A DNA stretch of 63,973 nucleotides, filler included, from Reclinomonas americana ATCC 50394 (GCA_048213135.1; 21 parts of 21 records of this genome joined end to end with filler, not necessarily neighbours in it), one strand, 5' to 3'; positions 39,674-50,952 are shown, counted from the first letter of the whole stretch. The notes: generated by a model from the letters alone, not told the origin. Program-made: numbers and translations.

Positions 39674-40399
39674 ATGAACAGCCGCCGCGTAACGATCCGG
39701 GATGTCGCAGGCCGCGCGGGGGTATCCATCGCGACGGTCTCGAATGTCTTCAGCGGCAACAAGCCGGTGAACGAGGATTTGCGCGAACGCGTGCTGCTGG
39801 CTGCCAAGGAGCTGGCGTATCAGGTGGATCGCGCGGCGTCGCAGCTGCGCTCAGGTCAGGCCCGCGTCGTCGGCGTCCTGGTTCCTGATCTCGACGACGT
39901 GTTTTTCACCTCGCTGGTCTCGCGGCTCGAGGTCCTGGCGCAGGCCGACGGCTACGACATCGTCGTAGCGAGCTCCCGCGACGATATTCGTCTCGAACAG
40001 TCGCGCCTGAACACCCTGCTCGCCTGGCGCCCCTCCGGCCTCATCGTGGTGCCCTGCTCCGACGAGGTGCCGCAAGCCCTCGCCGCCGAAATCGGGCGGC
40101 TGCCGATTGTCTTCGCCGACCGTGTCCATCCGGGGGGCTCGGTCGTCGACACCGTCGCGATCGACAACCGCGAAGCCGGAGAGATCGCTGCGCGCCACCT
40201 CCTGGCGCTGGGGCATTGCGACGTCGTCATCGCGGCCTCCAGCCTCGCCATCTCGCCGATCCGCGAGCGTGTCCGCGGGGCTAGTGAACTGATCCGGCAG
40301 ACGGCCGGTTGCGAGGTGACGGTGATCGAACTCGGCTCCGTCGCCGAGCACGGTGCCGAGCTCTTTCGGAACTGGCTCGAGCGGCATCCGCAGCCGAGC
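39674..40399 (+). CDS. LacI-family regulator (truncated)
   Basis: [19 protein letters not shown]. Confidence 0.93.
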
Positions 40400-40499
40400 N
40401 NNNNNNNNNNNNNNNNNNNNNNNNNNNNNNNNNNNNNNNNNNNTTAATTAATTAANNNNNNNNNNNNNNNNNNNNNNNNNNNNNNNNNNNNNNNNNNNN

Positions 40500-40598
40500 G
40501 CGTAAGGCCACTACTCGGATGCGCTGCTCTCGCTCGGGCAGTCGGCAGCAAGCAGGCGGGCTCTGCTGTACGGCCAAGGCGGATGTACGGTACAGCAG
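40500..40598. other. Assembly artefact: mate-pair tag plus SOLiD/Ion internal adapter
   Basis: 40500-40562 is an indel-laden copy of ~42590-42655; 40563-40598 is CTGCTGTACGGCCAAGGCGGATGTACGGTACAGCAG. Confidence 0.93.
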
Positions 40599-41296
40599 GC
40601 GACCCGATCATCCGCCGCTCGCTGCTGAACACCCTAATCTACGTCGCGATCATGGTGCCCGGAGGCGTCTTCGGCGCCTTGCTCATCGCCATATTGATCC
40701 ATCGGCGCACGCGTACGCGCTCGCTCTACGAGGTCATCTACTTCCTGCCGGTGACCTCGACGCTGATCGCGATGGCGACGGTCTGGCAATTCCTGCTGCA
40801 TCCCTCGCTCGGGCCGGTCAACGGCCTGCTGAAATGGCTTGGCTTTGCACCGATCGCCTTCCTCAGCGAGCCCTCGACTGCGCTGGCGACGCTCGCCGTG
40901 ATCGGCATCTGGCAGATCCTCGGCTTCAACATGATCCTATTCCTGGCCGGGCTGACCGCGATCCCGCGCGATCTCTACGAGGCCGCTGACATCGACGGCT
41001 GCTCGGGCGGGATCGACCGCTTCCTGACCATCACCTGGCCGTTGCTCGGGCCGACGACGATGTTCGTGGTGATCACGACGATGATCACCGCGTTCAAGAT
41101 CTTCGACACAGTGGCGGTGATGACGCGCGGCGGCCCGGTCGGGTCGACCGAGGTGCTGCTCTACAACATCTATCTCGAAGGCTTTCAGTACTTCCACACC
41201 GGCTACGCTGCGGCGCTGACCTTCATCTTCCTCGCCTTCATCCTCGTCTTCTCGGCCGCGCAGACCTTCGCCCTCGACAAGAAGGTGCACTACTGA
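40599..41296 (+). CDS. Sugar ABC permease (UgpA-like, 5'-truncated)
   Basis: YFLP, LYEAADIDG, ITWPLL.PTT.F, MTRGGP. Confidence 0.88.
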
Positions 41297-42171
41297 TGTC
41301 GGCTAGCCCCCCCCTCGTCGCCACGGTCTCTTCCGCGCATTCGGCGGCGCGGCGTTTCCTCTCGCTCGTGCTGATCCATGGCGTGCTGATCGCCGGGGCG
41401 CTGTTCATGCTGGCGCCGTTCATCTGGATGCTGGTCACCTCGATCAAGCCGCCAGCGGAGATATTCAGCGCCGAGATCGCGCTCTGGCCGAAGCAGTTCT
41501 ACGGCGTCGAGAACTACCGCTTCGCCATGGAGAAGGCGCCGCTGCTGCGCTTCGCATTGAACGGCGTCATCCTCTGCGCCGGCATCCTCGTGGTGCAGCT
41601 CTTGGTCGCGATCCCCTGTGCCTATGCGCTGGCCAAGCTCGATTTCCCCGGGCGCAACCTGCTCTTCGTCCTCGTGCTGCTCGGCCTCTGCATCCCCGTG
41701 CAGGTGCCGGCGATGCCGCTCTATATCGGCCTCGCCCAGCTCGGCCTGCTCAACACCTATTTTGCGATGATGGTGCCGTTCTTCCTCTCGGTCTTCGCCA
41801 TCTTCCTGTTCCGCCAGTTCTTCCGCAGCTTCCCCGACGACATCATCAACGCCGCCCGGCTCGACGGGATGAGCGAGTTCGAGATCGTCTGGCGCATCGT
41901 CACGCCGAGCGCCTGGCCGGCGATCGCCGCCTTCGCGGTGTTCTCGATCGTGGCGCACTGGAACGATCTCTACTGGCCGCTGATCGTCATCTCCGACGCC
42001 AAGCTCGCGCCGCCGCCGCTCGGGATGATGTTCTTCGCCGATGCCGAGACCGGCTCGAACTACGGCGCGCTGACCGCTGCGGCGACGATCCTGACCGCGC
42101 CGCTCGTTCTCGCCTTCCTGATCGCGCGGCGCCGATTCATCGACGGCATCACAATGACCGGCGTCAAATAA
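41296..42171 (+). CDS. Sugar ABC permease (UgpE-like)
   Basis: PFIWM, ENY, FLFRQFF, AARLDG, HWND.YWP. Confidence 0.9.
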   Translation: MSASPPLVATVSSAHSAARRFLSLVLIHGVLIAGALFMLAPFIWMLVTSIKPPAEIFSAEIALWPKQFYGVENYRFAMEKAPLLRFALNGVILCAGILVVQLLVAIPCAYALAKLDFPGRNLLFVLVLLGLCIPVQVPAMPLYIGLAQLGLLNTYFAMMVPFFLSVFAIFLFRQFFRSFPDDIINAARLDGMSEFEIVWRIVTPSAWPAIAAFAVFSIVAHWNDLYWPLIVISDAKLAPPPLGMMFFADAETGSNYGALTAAATILTAPLVLAFLIARRRFIDGITMTGVK

Positions 42172-42230
42172 GCCGACCCCTCGAAACGCCTGAGCCTAAA
42201 GAAAACTCTATCCTCTCAAGGAGATCACCG

Positions 42231-43282
42231 ATGAAAGCTTTCGGTAGAACCCTGGCCGCCGCAGCGTTCGCGCTGGCTGCCTCCACGGCGGCGCGCGCCC
42301 AGGAGGTCACGCTCGACGTGCTCTATGCCTTCCCGGCCTTCGCCAAGTTCCACGAGCCGATCGCCGCGGAGTTCATGAAGAAGAACCCGGGCATCAAGAT
42401 CAATTTCCGGGCCCCGGCGGCGAGCTATGACGAAGGGCATCAGGCGATGCTGCGCTCCTCCGTCACCAACCAGCTGCCGGACGTCTATTATTCCGGCTTC
42501 CATTTGCTGACCGAGCTGGTCGAGACGCTCGACAAGCGCAAGCAGGTCGTCGATCTCGGTGAACTGCTCAAGGCTGAGCCGGAAGCCTGGCGTAAGGCCA
42601 ACTACTCGGATGCGCTGCTCTCGCTCGGGCAGGTCGGCAGCAAGCAGGCGGGCCTCGCCTTCAACGCCTCGACCCCGCTGATGTATTTCAACGCCGAGCT
42701 GGTGAAGAAGGCCGGCGGCGATCCCGAGAAGATGCCCGACAACTGGGCCGACACGATCGCCCTCGCCAAGAAGATCCGTACCGCCGATGTCGCCGGTCTC
42801 GCCTACAATATCCATGACTGGCCGGACGACTGGCTCTGGCGCGGCATCGTCCAGCAGGGCGGCCATACCCTGCTCGACGCCAGCGGCAAGAAGGTCGCCT
42901 TCGGCGGCGATGTCGGCCTGAAGGCGCTGGAGACGCTGCGCAGCCTCGTCACGGAAGACGGCATGCCGCTGATCGACTGGGACCAGTCGCGCCAGCAGTT
43001 CATCGCCGGCAAGATCGGCATCTTCTTCGACACGCCGGCCCGCCTGCGCCAGGTCACCGACCTTATCGGCGAGCGCTTCACCCTGAAGACCGCCCTCTTC
43101 CCAGTCGACGACAAGGCCAAGGGCACCCTGCCGACCGGCGGCAATGCGGCGATCATCACCGCCAAGGACCCGGCCAAGCAGAAGGCCGCCTGGGAATTCG
43201 TGAAGTTCGTCACCGGTCCGGAGGCTCAGAAGATCGTGGTCGAGACCTCGGGCTACATGCCGACCAATCTGCGCGCCGGCGA
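42231..43282 (+). CDS. Sugar ABC substrate-binding protein (UgpB-like, truncated)
   Basis: Signal peptide, FNASTPLMYFN, PTGGN, AAWEFVKF, GYMP. Confidence 0.88.
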
Positions 43283-43386
43283 NNNNNNNNNNNNNNNNNN
43301 NNNNNNNNNNNNNNNNNNNNNNNNNNTTAATTAATTAANNNNNNNNNNNNNNNNNNNNNNNNNNNNNNNNNNNNNNNNNNNNCCGG

Positions 43387-43439
43387 TTGACATAGAAGGG
43401 CGATGTGCGAGCATATGCTTCAACAAAGAGCATATGCTC
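43387..43439 (+). promoter_or_regulatory. Promoter -35 with two palindromic operator-like sites
   Basis: TTGACA at 43387; AGCATATGCT (43410-43419) and GAGCATATGCTC (43428-43439). Confidence 0.55.
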
Positions 43440-43464
43440 GCACAACTTCACGAGGGAGGCTTTC

Positions 43465-44778
43465 ATGCGACCTATCCATGCGGTGCTGGCGGGTGCGGGT
43501 GCCCTGCTGCTGGCCGGCCTGTCGACGGCCCAGGCAGCGACCGAGATCGAATTCTGGCACGCGATGAGCGGCGCCCTCGGCGAGCGCGTCGACGAGGTCG
43601 TAAAGAAGTTCAACGACTCGCAGAAGGAGTATGTCGTCAAGGCAATCGCCAAGGGCACCTATGACGAGGTGCTGAACGGCACGATCGCCGCCTACCGGGC
43701 CAAGCGCCAGCCGGAGATCGTCCAGTCGAACGAGCGTTCCTTCCTGACCATGGTCAATTCCGGGGCGATCGTCCCGACGGCCGAGCTGATGGCCGAGCAG
43801 GGCTACAAGGTCGACTGGTCGAACTTCATCAAGCCGGTGGTCAGCTACTACGCGATAAACGGCAAGCTGCAGGCGATGCCGTTCAATTCCTCAACGCCGA
43901 TCCTGTTCTACAATCGCGACCATTTCAAAGCGGCCGGCTTCGACAAGCCCGGCGCAACCTGGCAGGAGCTCGAGCCGCAGCTCGATGCGATCAAGGCCAA
44001 GGGCGTCTCGAAATGCGCGATGGTGCTGCCCGGCGACTATGAATGGAGCTTCCTCGAGAACTACAGCGCGGTGAACGACATCCCGTATGCGACCAGGCGC
44101 AACGGCCTGGACGGGCTCGACGCCACCTTCGTCTTCAACAAGGGCAAGCTCGTCGGCCAGGTCGAGCGCATGAAGCGCCTGGTCAGCTCGGGCGTGATGC
44201 AGATCGCCGGACAAGGCGTCATCCCGGTCCAGCTCTTCACCTCGGGCGAGTGCTCGACCATCATCGCTTCGACCGCCGCCCACGCCGCCGTGGTCGCCGC
44301 CGCCAAGTTCGACTGGAGCGCGACCGAGCTTCCCTATGAGCAGGGCGTGACGCCGAAGAACAGCGTCATCGGCGGTGCCGCGCTCTGGACCCTGAAGGGC
44401 CACACGCCGGAGAAGTACAAGGCGGTCGCCGCCTTCTATAATTTCCTGGCGCAGACCGACACGCAGGTCTGGTGGCATCAGGCCACGGGCTATGTGCCGG
44501 TGACGGTCGCCGCCTACGAGGCCGCCAAGGCGCAGGGCTACTACGACAAGAGCCCGACGCGGGCGATCGCCGTCGTCCAGCTGATGCGCGGCACGCCCAG
44601 CGACAATTCCCTTGGCTTCCGGATCGGCAACAGCAACCAGATCAATGTCGCGATCATGGAGGAGGTTTCGGCCGCCTTCCTCGGCCGCAAGCCGGTGCAG
44701 CAGGCGCTCGACGACGCAGTCAATCGCGGCAACGAAGCGCTGCGCCGCTACGAGCAGCTCAATGCTGGCAAGAAATAG
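43465..44778 (+). CDS. ugpB: sn-glycerol-3-phosphate ABC substrate-binding protein
   Basis: FWHAMSG.LGE, KGTYDE, MPFNSSTPILFYN, IGGAALW, WHQATGYVP. Confidence 0.8.
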   Translation: MRPIHAVLAGAGALLLAGLSTAQAATEIEFWHAMSGALGERVDEVVKKFNDSQKEYVVKAIAKGTYDEVLNGTIAAYRAKRQPEIVQSNERSFLTMVNSGAIVPTAELMAEQGYKVDWSNFIKPVVSYYAINGKLQAMPFNSSTPILFYNRDHFKAAGFDKPGATWQELEPQLDAIKAKGVSKCAMVLPGDYEWSFLENYSAVNDIPYATRRNGLDGLDATFVFNKGKLVGQVERMKRLVSSGVMQIAGQGVIPVQLFTSGECSTIIASTAAHAAVVAAAKFDWSATELPYEQGVTPKNSVIGGAALWTLKGHTPEKYKAVAAFYNFLAQTDTQVWWHQATGYVPVTVAAYEAAKAQGYYDKSPTRAIAVVQLMRGTPSDNSLGFRIGNSNQINVAIMEEVSAAFLGRKPVQQALDDAVNRGNEALRRYEQLNAGKK

Positions 44779-44879
44779 CNNNNNNNNNNNNNNNNNNNNN
44801 NNNNNNNNNNNNNNNNNNNNNNNTTAATTAATTAANNNNNNNNNNNNNNNNNNNNNNNNNNNNNNNNNNNNNNNNNNNN

Positions 44880-45505
44880 CCAGCGATGGCGAGATCATGG
44901 TGATCCACGACCCGCTGCTTGACCGCACCACTGATCACAAGGGGCCGATCGACAGGCTCGACCGCGAGGCACTGCGCAAGGTCAGGCTGCGCGACACGCT
45001 CGGCGAGACGATCCCGACCTTGCCTGCCGTGCTTGACGTCTTCGGTCCCACCGGGATCGAGCTCGAGATCGAGATGAAGATGAACGCCTTCGGCAGCCCC
45101 TATCCCGGCCTGCTCGACAAGGTCATCGCGCTGGTCGAGGAACGCGGGCTGTCCTCGCGCGTGGTGCTGACCTGCTTCGTGCCAGAGGTGATCGAGGAGA
45201 TCAGGGCAAAGGCGCCCCAGATGCGCCGTCTCGCCTCGGTCGACCGGCGCTCCTGCGAAGCCTATGGCGGGATCGAGCGGACGCTGAAGCGGTTCGTTGA
45301 TCTCGGTTGCATCATCGCTGTCGAGCAATCGCTGCTGCGCCTCACGCTCGACCAGGCGCTCGGCATCGTCGGGCGCGAGCGCCTCGGCGTCTGGGTGCCG
45401 AACACGGTCGGCGACATCGACTTCTGGCTCGGCCAGCCCGTTTCGCAGATCACCAGCGACCGGCCGGATCTCGTCATCCAGTCGGTCGCCGCCCGGGCCA
45501 GGTAA
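44880..45505 (+). CDS. Glycerophosphodiester phosphodiesterase (5'-truncated)
   Basis: VIHD..LDRTT, IPTL, EIEMK, ITSDRPD. Confidence 0.88.
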
Positions 45506-45510
45506 CGCCG

Positions 45511-46995
45511 ATGGCGGCCAGGCTCTCGCGTGCGACGCTATCTGCCATCGCCAGTCCTGTCGCGGTGCCCAGCTACCAGCCGGAGCAGCTCTCGCCCGGC
45601 ATCGTCCATATCGGCGTCGGCAATTTCCACCGGGCGCATCAGGCTGTTTATCTCGACGAGCTCTTCGAGCAAGGCCTCGATCGCGACTGGGCACTGATCG
45701 GCACCGGAGTGCGTGAGAGCGACGCCGAGATGCGCGCCGATCTTGCGGCGCAGGATTTCCTGACCACCGTCGTGGCGCAGGAGGCCTCGTCCTCGCAGGC
45801 GCGCATCATCGCGCCGATGCTCGATTTCGTTGCGCCAGGAGAGACCGACGCTGTCCTCGCGCAGCTCGTCGATCCACGCACCCGCATCGTCTCGCTGACC
45901 GTCACCGAGGGTGGCTATTACCTCGATCCCGCGACGCAGGCCTTCGCTGCGGAGCACCCCGACATCGTCGCCGATGCGAGCGATCGGCTGCGCCGTCCGA
46001 AGACGGCCTTCGGTCTTATCGCCGCCGCGCTGTTGCAGCGTCGCGCCATCGGCATCGCGCCCTTCACGGTGATGTCCTGCGACAACCTCCCAGGCAACGG
46101 GCATGTCGCCGAGGCTAGCGTCGCTGGGCTCGTCGAACTGGTCAACCATTCCGACGCCGCCTGGATCAGGGAGAACGTCGCGTTTCCGAACGGAATGGTC
46201 GACCGGATCACGCCGGCGACCACGCAACGCGAGCGCGACAAGCTGCGCGACGAGTTCGGCATCGAGGATCGCCGCCCGGTCTTCTGCGAGGACTTCCGGC
46301 AATGGGTGCTGGAGGACCGGTTCAGCGCCGGCAGGCCGAGGCTCGAGGAGGTTGGCGTCCAGTTCGTCGGGGATGTCGCGCCGTTCGAGCTGATGAAGCT
46401 GCGCATCCTCAATGGCGGCCATGCCGCGATCGCCTATCCGGCGGGCCTGCTCGACATCGCGTTCGTTCACGAGGCGATGCAGGATCCTCTGATCGCCCGC
46501 TTCCTGTCGATGCTGCTCGAAGCGGAGGTGATGCCGTTGATTCCACCCGTACCGGATACGGACCTCGGTGCTTACAAGCGGACGATCGAGCGGCGCTTCG
46601 CCAATCCGCAGATCGGCGACACGATCCGGCGTCTTTGCCTCGACGGCTCCAATCGCCAGCCGAAATTCATCCTGCCGACGATCCGCGATGCGCTGAAGGC
46701 CGGGCGCGCCATCGACGGGCTTGCGCTCGTCTGCGCCCTGTGGTGCCGCTACTGCTATGGCGAGACGGAGACCGGGCAGCCGATCGCGCCGAACGACCCG
46801 ATCTGGCCGCGGCTGACGATGCAGGCGCGGCAGGCCCGGTTTGTGCCGGAAGCCTGGCTGGCGATGCAGGATATCTATGGCGACTTGGGAGACGACCAGC
46901 GCTTCCGGGAGGCGTTCAGCCGGGCATTGAAGAGAATCTGGGAGTTCGGCACCCGCCCGAGCATTGACCGCTATCTGGCCTCGCTCGGTTCGTGA
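45511..46995 (+). CDS. Mannitol dehydrogenase family (mannitol 2-dehydrogenase-like)
   Basis: GIVHIGVGNFHRAHQA, SLTVTEGGY, MSCDN, FPNGMVDRITP, MKLRILNGGH, RFANP.I.D. Confidence 0.92.
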   Translation: MAARLSRATLSAIASPVAVPSYQPEQLSPGIVHIGVGNFHRAHQAVYLDELFEQGLDRDWALIGTGVRESDAEMRADLAAQDFLTTVVAQEASSSQARIIAPMLDFVAPGETDAVLAQLVDPRTRIVSLTVTEGGYYLDPATQAFAAEHPDIVADASDRLRRPKTAFGLIAAALLQRRAIGIAPFTVMSCDNLPGNGHVAEASVAGLVELVNHSDAAWIRENVAFPNGMVDRITPATTQRERDKLRDEFGIEDRRPVFCEDFRQWVLEDRFSAGRPRLEEVGVQFVGDVAPFELMKLRILNGGHAAIAYPAGLLDIAFVHEAMQDPLIARFLSMLLEAEVMPLIPPVPDTDLGAYKRTIERRFANPQIGDTIRRLCLDGSNRQPKFILPTIRDALKAGRAIDGLALVCALWCRYCYGETETGQPIAPNDPIWPRLTMQARQARFVPEAWLAMQDIYGDLGDDQRFREAFSRALKRIWEFGTRPSIDRYLASLGS

Positions 46996-47216
46996 CAAGT
47001 ACGGTTGGCCGACCGACCCAAGGCCTGCGCTCGGAAGCCTGATCGAAAGCCGCCACTTCCAAGGTCAGCTAATAGGCCATGATTGCAGTAGACGTTGCCG
47101 CAGCCGCCGACATGCTTCGCGAACGCGAAGCGAACACGCCCGAAGGGAAACTAGGCTCTGTGGCGCACTGCATTGATCAGCAGCCGGAAGGCCGGCGAGG
47201 TCCGGCGGCGGCGCGT

Positions 47217-47398
47217 GGCAAAAACGTGCGGGAGATTCGCACGGCGGCGCAGCTTTCTTAGCAGGACATAGCGGTTCGCATGGGCGTCGAGCAGACTTAT
47301 GTCAGTGGCCTAGAACGAGGCATTCGCAATCCTACGGTCATCACGCTGGATTGCGCAGCGCGCTGAATATCAAGGTGGCGAAGCTCTTGCGAGAATAG
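47217..47398 (+). pseudogene. XRE-family HTH regulator pseudogene
   Basis: GKNVREIRTAAQLS*QDIAVRMGVEQTYVSGLERGIRNPTVITL; in-frame TAG at 47259, a later frameshift, and no start codon. Confidence 0.75.
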
Positions 47399-47598
47399 AT
47401 GCCCCTCCGCGGAGAGGTTTTCCGGCATTGCCAGTGAGCCTGGCACAACGGCTCGCTTCCTGCGGCCCTGCGCAATCAACCGTCAAAGTGGTCGGGGCNN
47501 NNNNNNNNNNNNNNNNNNNNNNNNNNNNNNNNNNNNNNNNNNTTAATTAATTAANNNNNNNNNNNNNNNNNNNNNNNNNNNNNNNNNNNNNNNNNNNN

Positions 47599-48333
47599 TA
47601 ACGCCGGAACGTCGCGCCGTATTCGACGCTGCCATAGTCGCCGGCTTGCAGCGTTCGGTCGGTCGGCGCCCCGTGGCTGTAGCAGGAGCGCTCGCCGGAA
47701 ACGAGGTTGATCGGGCTCGCCGCGAGGCCGCTGCCGCGCGCCAGCAGCGCACCGTAGACCTCGCCAGCGATCTCGAGCTCGTTGCGGCCCGCGCGGAGCG
47801 CCGCGCCGAAGACAGTCAGCGTCTCGTCGGCGATCGCCGCCGCCCGCCTGATGTAGCCGAGCTCGGCCGGCGATTTCACCAGGCTGAGATCGTGGACGAG
47901 GCTGGTAGCCTCGACGAACGCCGAGCCGAACAGGTCGTGGATCGCAACGTAGTGCGTGCGGGTGGAGGTAATAAGCCGGCACCTCGACCCCGACGCGGCC
48001 GGCGAGCAGGCCGAGTTCATCGACGATGCGGGCGAATCGCGGGATCGGGTCCTCGTTCTCGCCGCCACCGAACGTTTCGAGCCGGTCGACCCGGGCATCG
48101 TCGAGGATCTCGGCCCGCTCGCCCTCGCGCGCCATCATCGCGATCGGCCCGTCCGCCGCCGGGACCAGCAGGCACTGGAACTCCTGATAGCTCTTGGCGT
48201 CCGAGCCGGTCAGCCAGCGGATCGAGACGGGATGGAAGAGCACGAGCCAGTCCAGCCCCTGCTCCGCCATCGCCCGCCTGACGCGAGCGCGCCGTTCGGC
48301 GAATTCCTCGGCCGTGAAATCGTGCCGCGACAT
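47599..48333 (-). CDS. M24 Xaa-Pro peptidase family (truncated), 1-nt insertion at ~47955
   Basis: EFAERRARVR..M..GLD, WLTG; after the shift VKSPAEL.YIRRAA and SHGAPTDR. Confidence 0.85.
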
Positions 48334-48345
48334 CTCCTGCCGCCC

Positions 48346-49053
48346 TCAGAGCGCCGGCAGTGGCTGCATCGGCCCGCCCAGCCACTTCTTGTGGAGCTCG
48401 TCGAGATCGCCGTTCAGCGTGCTCTGGAAGATCAGCGTGTCGAGCCAGCGCAGCAAATCATGCTCGCCGCGCCGAATGGTGATGTGCGCCGGCGCACGCC
48501 GCAGCGCGAACTTGAAATCGAATTCCTCGGTCGGATTCTGCTTGGCCAGCTCGACCACGACGACGCTGTTGGCGGCGAGAAGCTGCGCGTGGCCGGCCAG
48601 ATAGGCCTGTACCGCCGTGGCGTTGTCCTCGGTCCGCATGATGTCGGCGGACGGCGCCAGCGCCGAGAGGACAAGGTCCTCGGTCGTGCCCTTGGCGACG
48701 GCGATGCGGCTCTTGCCGAGATCGGCGCCCGATTTCACCGCCAGCGCCTTGGCGCCGTAGACCGCAAGCGAGGTGTCGGCATAGGGCGCGCTGAACATCA
48801 CCTGGCGCGCGCGCTCGGCGGTGATCGACATCGCCGCGATGTTCATGTCGGACTTGTCGGTGAGCAGGAACGGAATGCGGCTCGCCGCTGGCACCGGCAC
48901 GAGCTCCAGCTTCACGCCGAGCGACTTGGCGACCAGCCTGGCCATGTCGACGTCGAACCCTTCGAGCTCGCGCTTGGCGTTCATCATGCCGAAGGGCGGC
49001 ACGTCGGCGAAGACGGTGATGCGCACCACGCCCTTCGACAGGATATCGTCGAG
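48346..49053 (-). CDS. Amino-acid ABC substrate-binding protein (family 3, 5'-truncated)
   Basis: PPFG, GFDVD.A, RIPFL, ITAERA..V.FS.PY, KKWLG. Confidence 0.88.
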   Translation of the reverse strand, partial: LDDILSKGVVRITVFADVPPFGMMNAKRELEGFDVDMARLVAKSLGVKLELVPVPAASRIPFLLTDKSDMNIAAMSITAERARQVMFSAPYADTSLAVYGAKALAVKSGADLGKSRIAVAKGTTEDLVLSALAPSADIMRTEDNATAVQAYLAGHAQLLAANSVVVVELAKQNPTEEFDFKFALRRAPAHITIRRGEHDLLRWLDTLIFQSTLNGDLDELHKKWLGGPMQPLPAL

Positions 49054-49153
49054 NNNNNNNNNNNNNNNNNNNNNNNNNNNNNNNNNNNNNNNNNNNNTTA
49101 ATTAATTAANNNNNNNNNNNNNNNNNNNNNNNNNNNNNNNNNNNNNNNNNNNN

Positions 49154-50628
49154 GGCGCGGCGAATCGAGCGACGGCACGATCAAGGTCGAAGGCGCGGCA
49201 ACCGGCCCGATGAACGGCGAGATCAAGCGCACCAGCTTCGAGGTGCTCGACCTGATGCAGATTGCGCGCATCTTCGGCGAGAAGGCGAAATCCGACGAGA
49301 CGCCGCCGCTGCAGCCGATCATCGGCAAGATGGAACTGGACGGCTACGTCCTCGACCTCGGCGAGCAGGGCAAGATCACCGCCGGCAAGGCCTCGATGCG
49401 CGACTTCAAGGCGCGCGTCGCGTCCGAGCCGATGGGTGAGCTCCTGGCCCGCATCGCCGTGCTCAGCGACGAATCGGAGAAGGCCTCGCGCGATCTCAAC
49501 AGCAAGGAAGATCCAGCGATCAGCGAAGCGCGCGACCGCAAGCTGATGCTCGCCATGGCGGAGGTGTTCGAAGCCGTCGACTATGGCAGCGGCGAGATCC
49601 GCGACATCGTCATGGCGCTGAAGACGCCGCCCAAGCCAGGCGCCAAGGCTGAAGCGGTCGACATGCGCTTCTCGCGCATCGCCTTCGGCGAGGACGCGCC
49701 TGAGAAGTCGGGCGTCGCCATCGAGGGGCTGCAGTTCGAAGGCAGTGGCGCCAAGGGCGTCATCGGCCTCATCGGCTATTCCGGCTTCTCGCTCGAAGGC
49801 GTCATCCGTGAGGTCAAGGCCGTCGCCAACTCCACGGTCGACATCAAGACGCTCGACTTCCGTCGCTTCATCCCGAAGCTCGGCACGGTCAAGATGAGCG
49901 GCGTGCAGATGAGCGTGCCGCAGGACGGCAAGCGCGGCCGCCCGGCCGGCCCGCCGATCCAGGTCGGCCTCGGCAATTTCGAGCTCAAGGCCGGCGAGCA
50001 GCTCAACGGCATCCCGACCGACATGACGCTGAGCCTCGACAAGATCACCTTCCCGATCGTCGAGAGCGCCGACAACCCTGCGGCCAAGGACCTGCTGGCG
50101 ATGGGCTACCGCAACATCGACCTCTCCGCGAAGTTGGCGCTGGCCTGGCAGGAGGCGAGCAAGGAGTTCGCCATCCGTACGCTCTCGCTCGGCGGCGCCG
50201 GCATGGCCAGGCTCGACGCGACCGGCACGCTCGGCAATATCGGCAAGGAGGTCTTCACTGGCGACCTCGCTTTGGCGCAGGTCGCGCTGCTCGGCGCCAC
50301 CGCCAAGAATGTCGAGCTCAAGCTGCAGAATCTCGGCCTTGCCGAGAAGCTGGTCGAGAACGAAGCCAAGAAGTCGAAGCGCAAGGTCGAGGACGTCCGG
50401 CGGGAATACGGTATGATGGCGAGCCTCGGCCTCGCCGCCATCCTCGGTCCGTCGGACGGCGCCAAGGCTCTGGCGAACGCGGTCGCCCGCTTCGTCGCCA
50501 AGCCAGGCACGCTAACCGTCAAGGCCACCGCCAAGACTCCGGCCGGCCTCGGCCTCGCCGACGTGATCGCGCTCGGCGAGCCGACCGAGATCTTCGACAA
50601 GATCGACGTCGACGCTACGGCGGAGTGA
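49154..50628 (+). CDS. Large hypothetical envelope-type protein (5'-truncated)
   Basis: Long open frame with strong host codon bias and beta-rich character; LAMGY, ARFVAKPGTLTV; no catalytic motif recognised. Confidence 0.65.
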
Positions 50629-50638
50629 GGTCGACGCA

Positions 50639-50952
50639 TTGAGCTCGTCTATCCTGCCTGCTCCGGACGCCGAGTGGCGTCCGGGTGCCCTCGCCATCTG
50701 GTGGGCCGGTCTCCCGACCGGCCCCCGCAGCTATCTGCGCCGCTGGATCAACCCGCACAATCAGACGCGCCTGCATCTCGCCCACCTGCTGGCGCGCCGG
50801 CGCGGGCAGATCACGATCGGCGCCTATACCTATGGCCGGCCCAAAGTGCGCTTCGCCGAGAGCGGCTCGAAGCTCACCATCGGCCGCTATTGCTCGATCG
50901 CCGACGGGGTCGAGATCATGCTCGGCGGCAATCACCGCACGGAATGGGTGAC
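50639..50952 (+). CDS. CatB/Vat-like hexapeptide O-acetyltransferase (truncated)
   Basis: IGAYTYG.P, LTIGRYCSIA.GV.I.LGGNHR.EW. Confidence 0.85.

Noticed and set aside
47940..47970. Programmed frameshift in the M24 peptidase (and in the glycosyltransferase at ~265)
   Set aside because: No slippery heptamer or stimulatory structure; single-base indels fit the sequencing platform.
50639..50952. Acquired chloramphenicol/streptogramin resistance gene
   Set aside because: Truncated, no mobile context; such hexapeptide acetyltransferases are common chromosomal genes.
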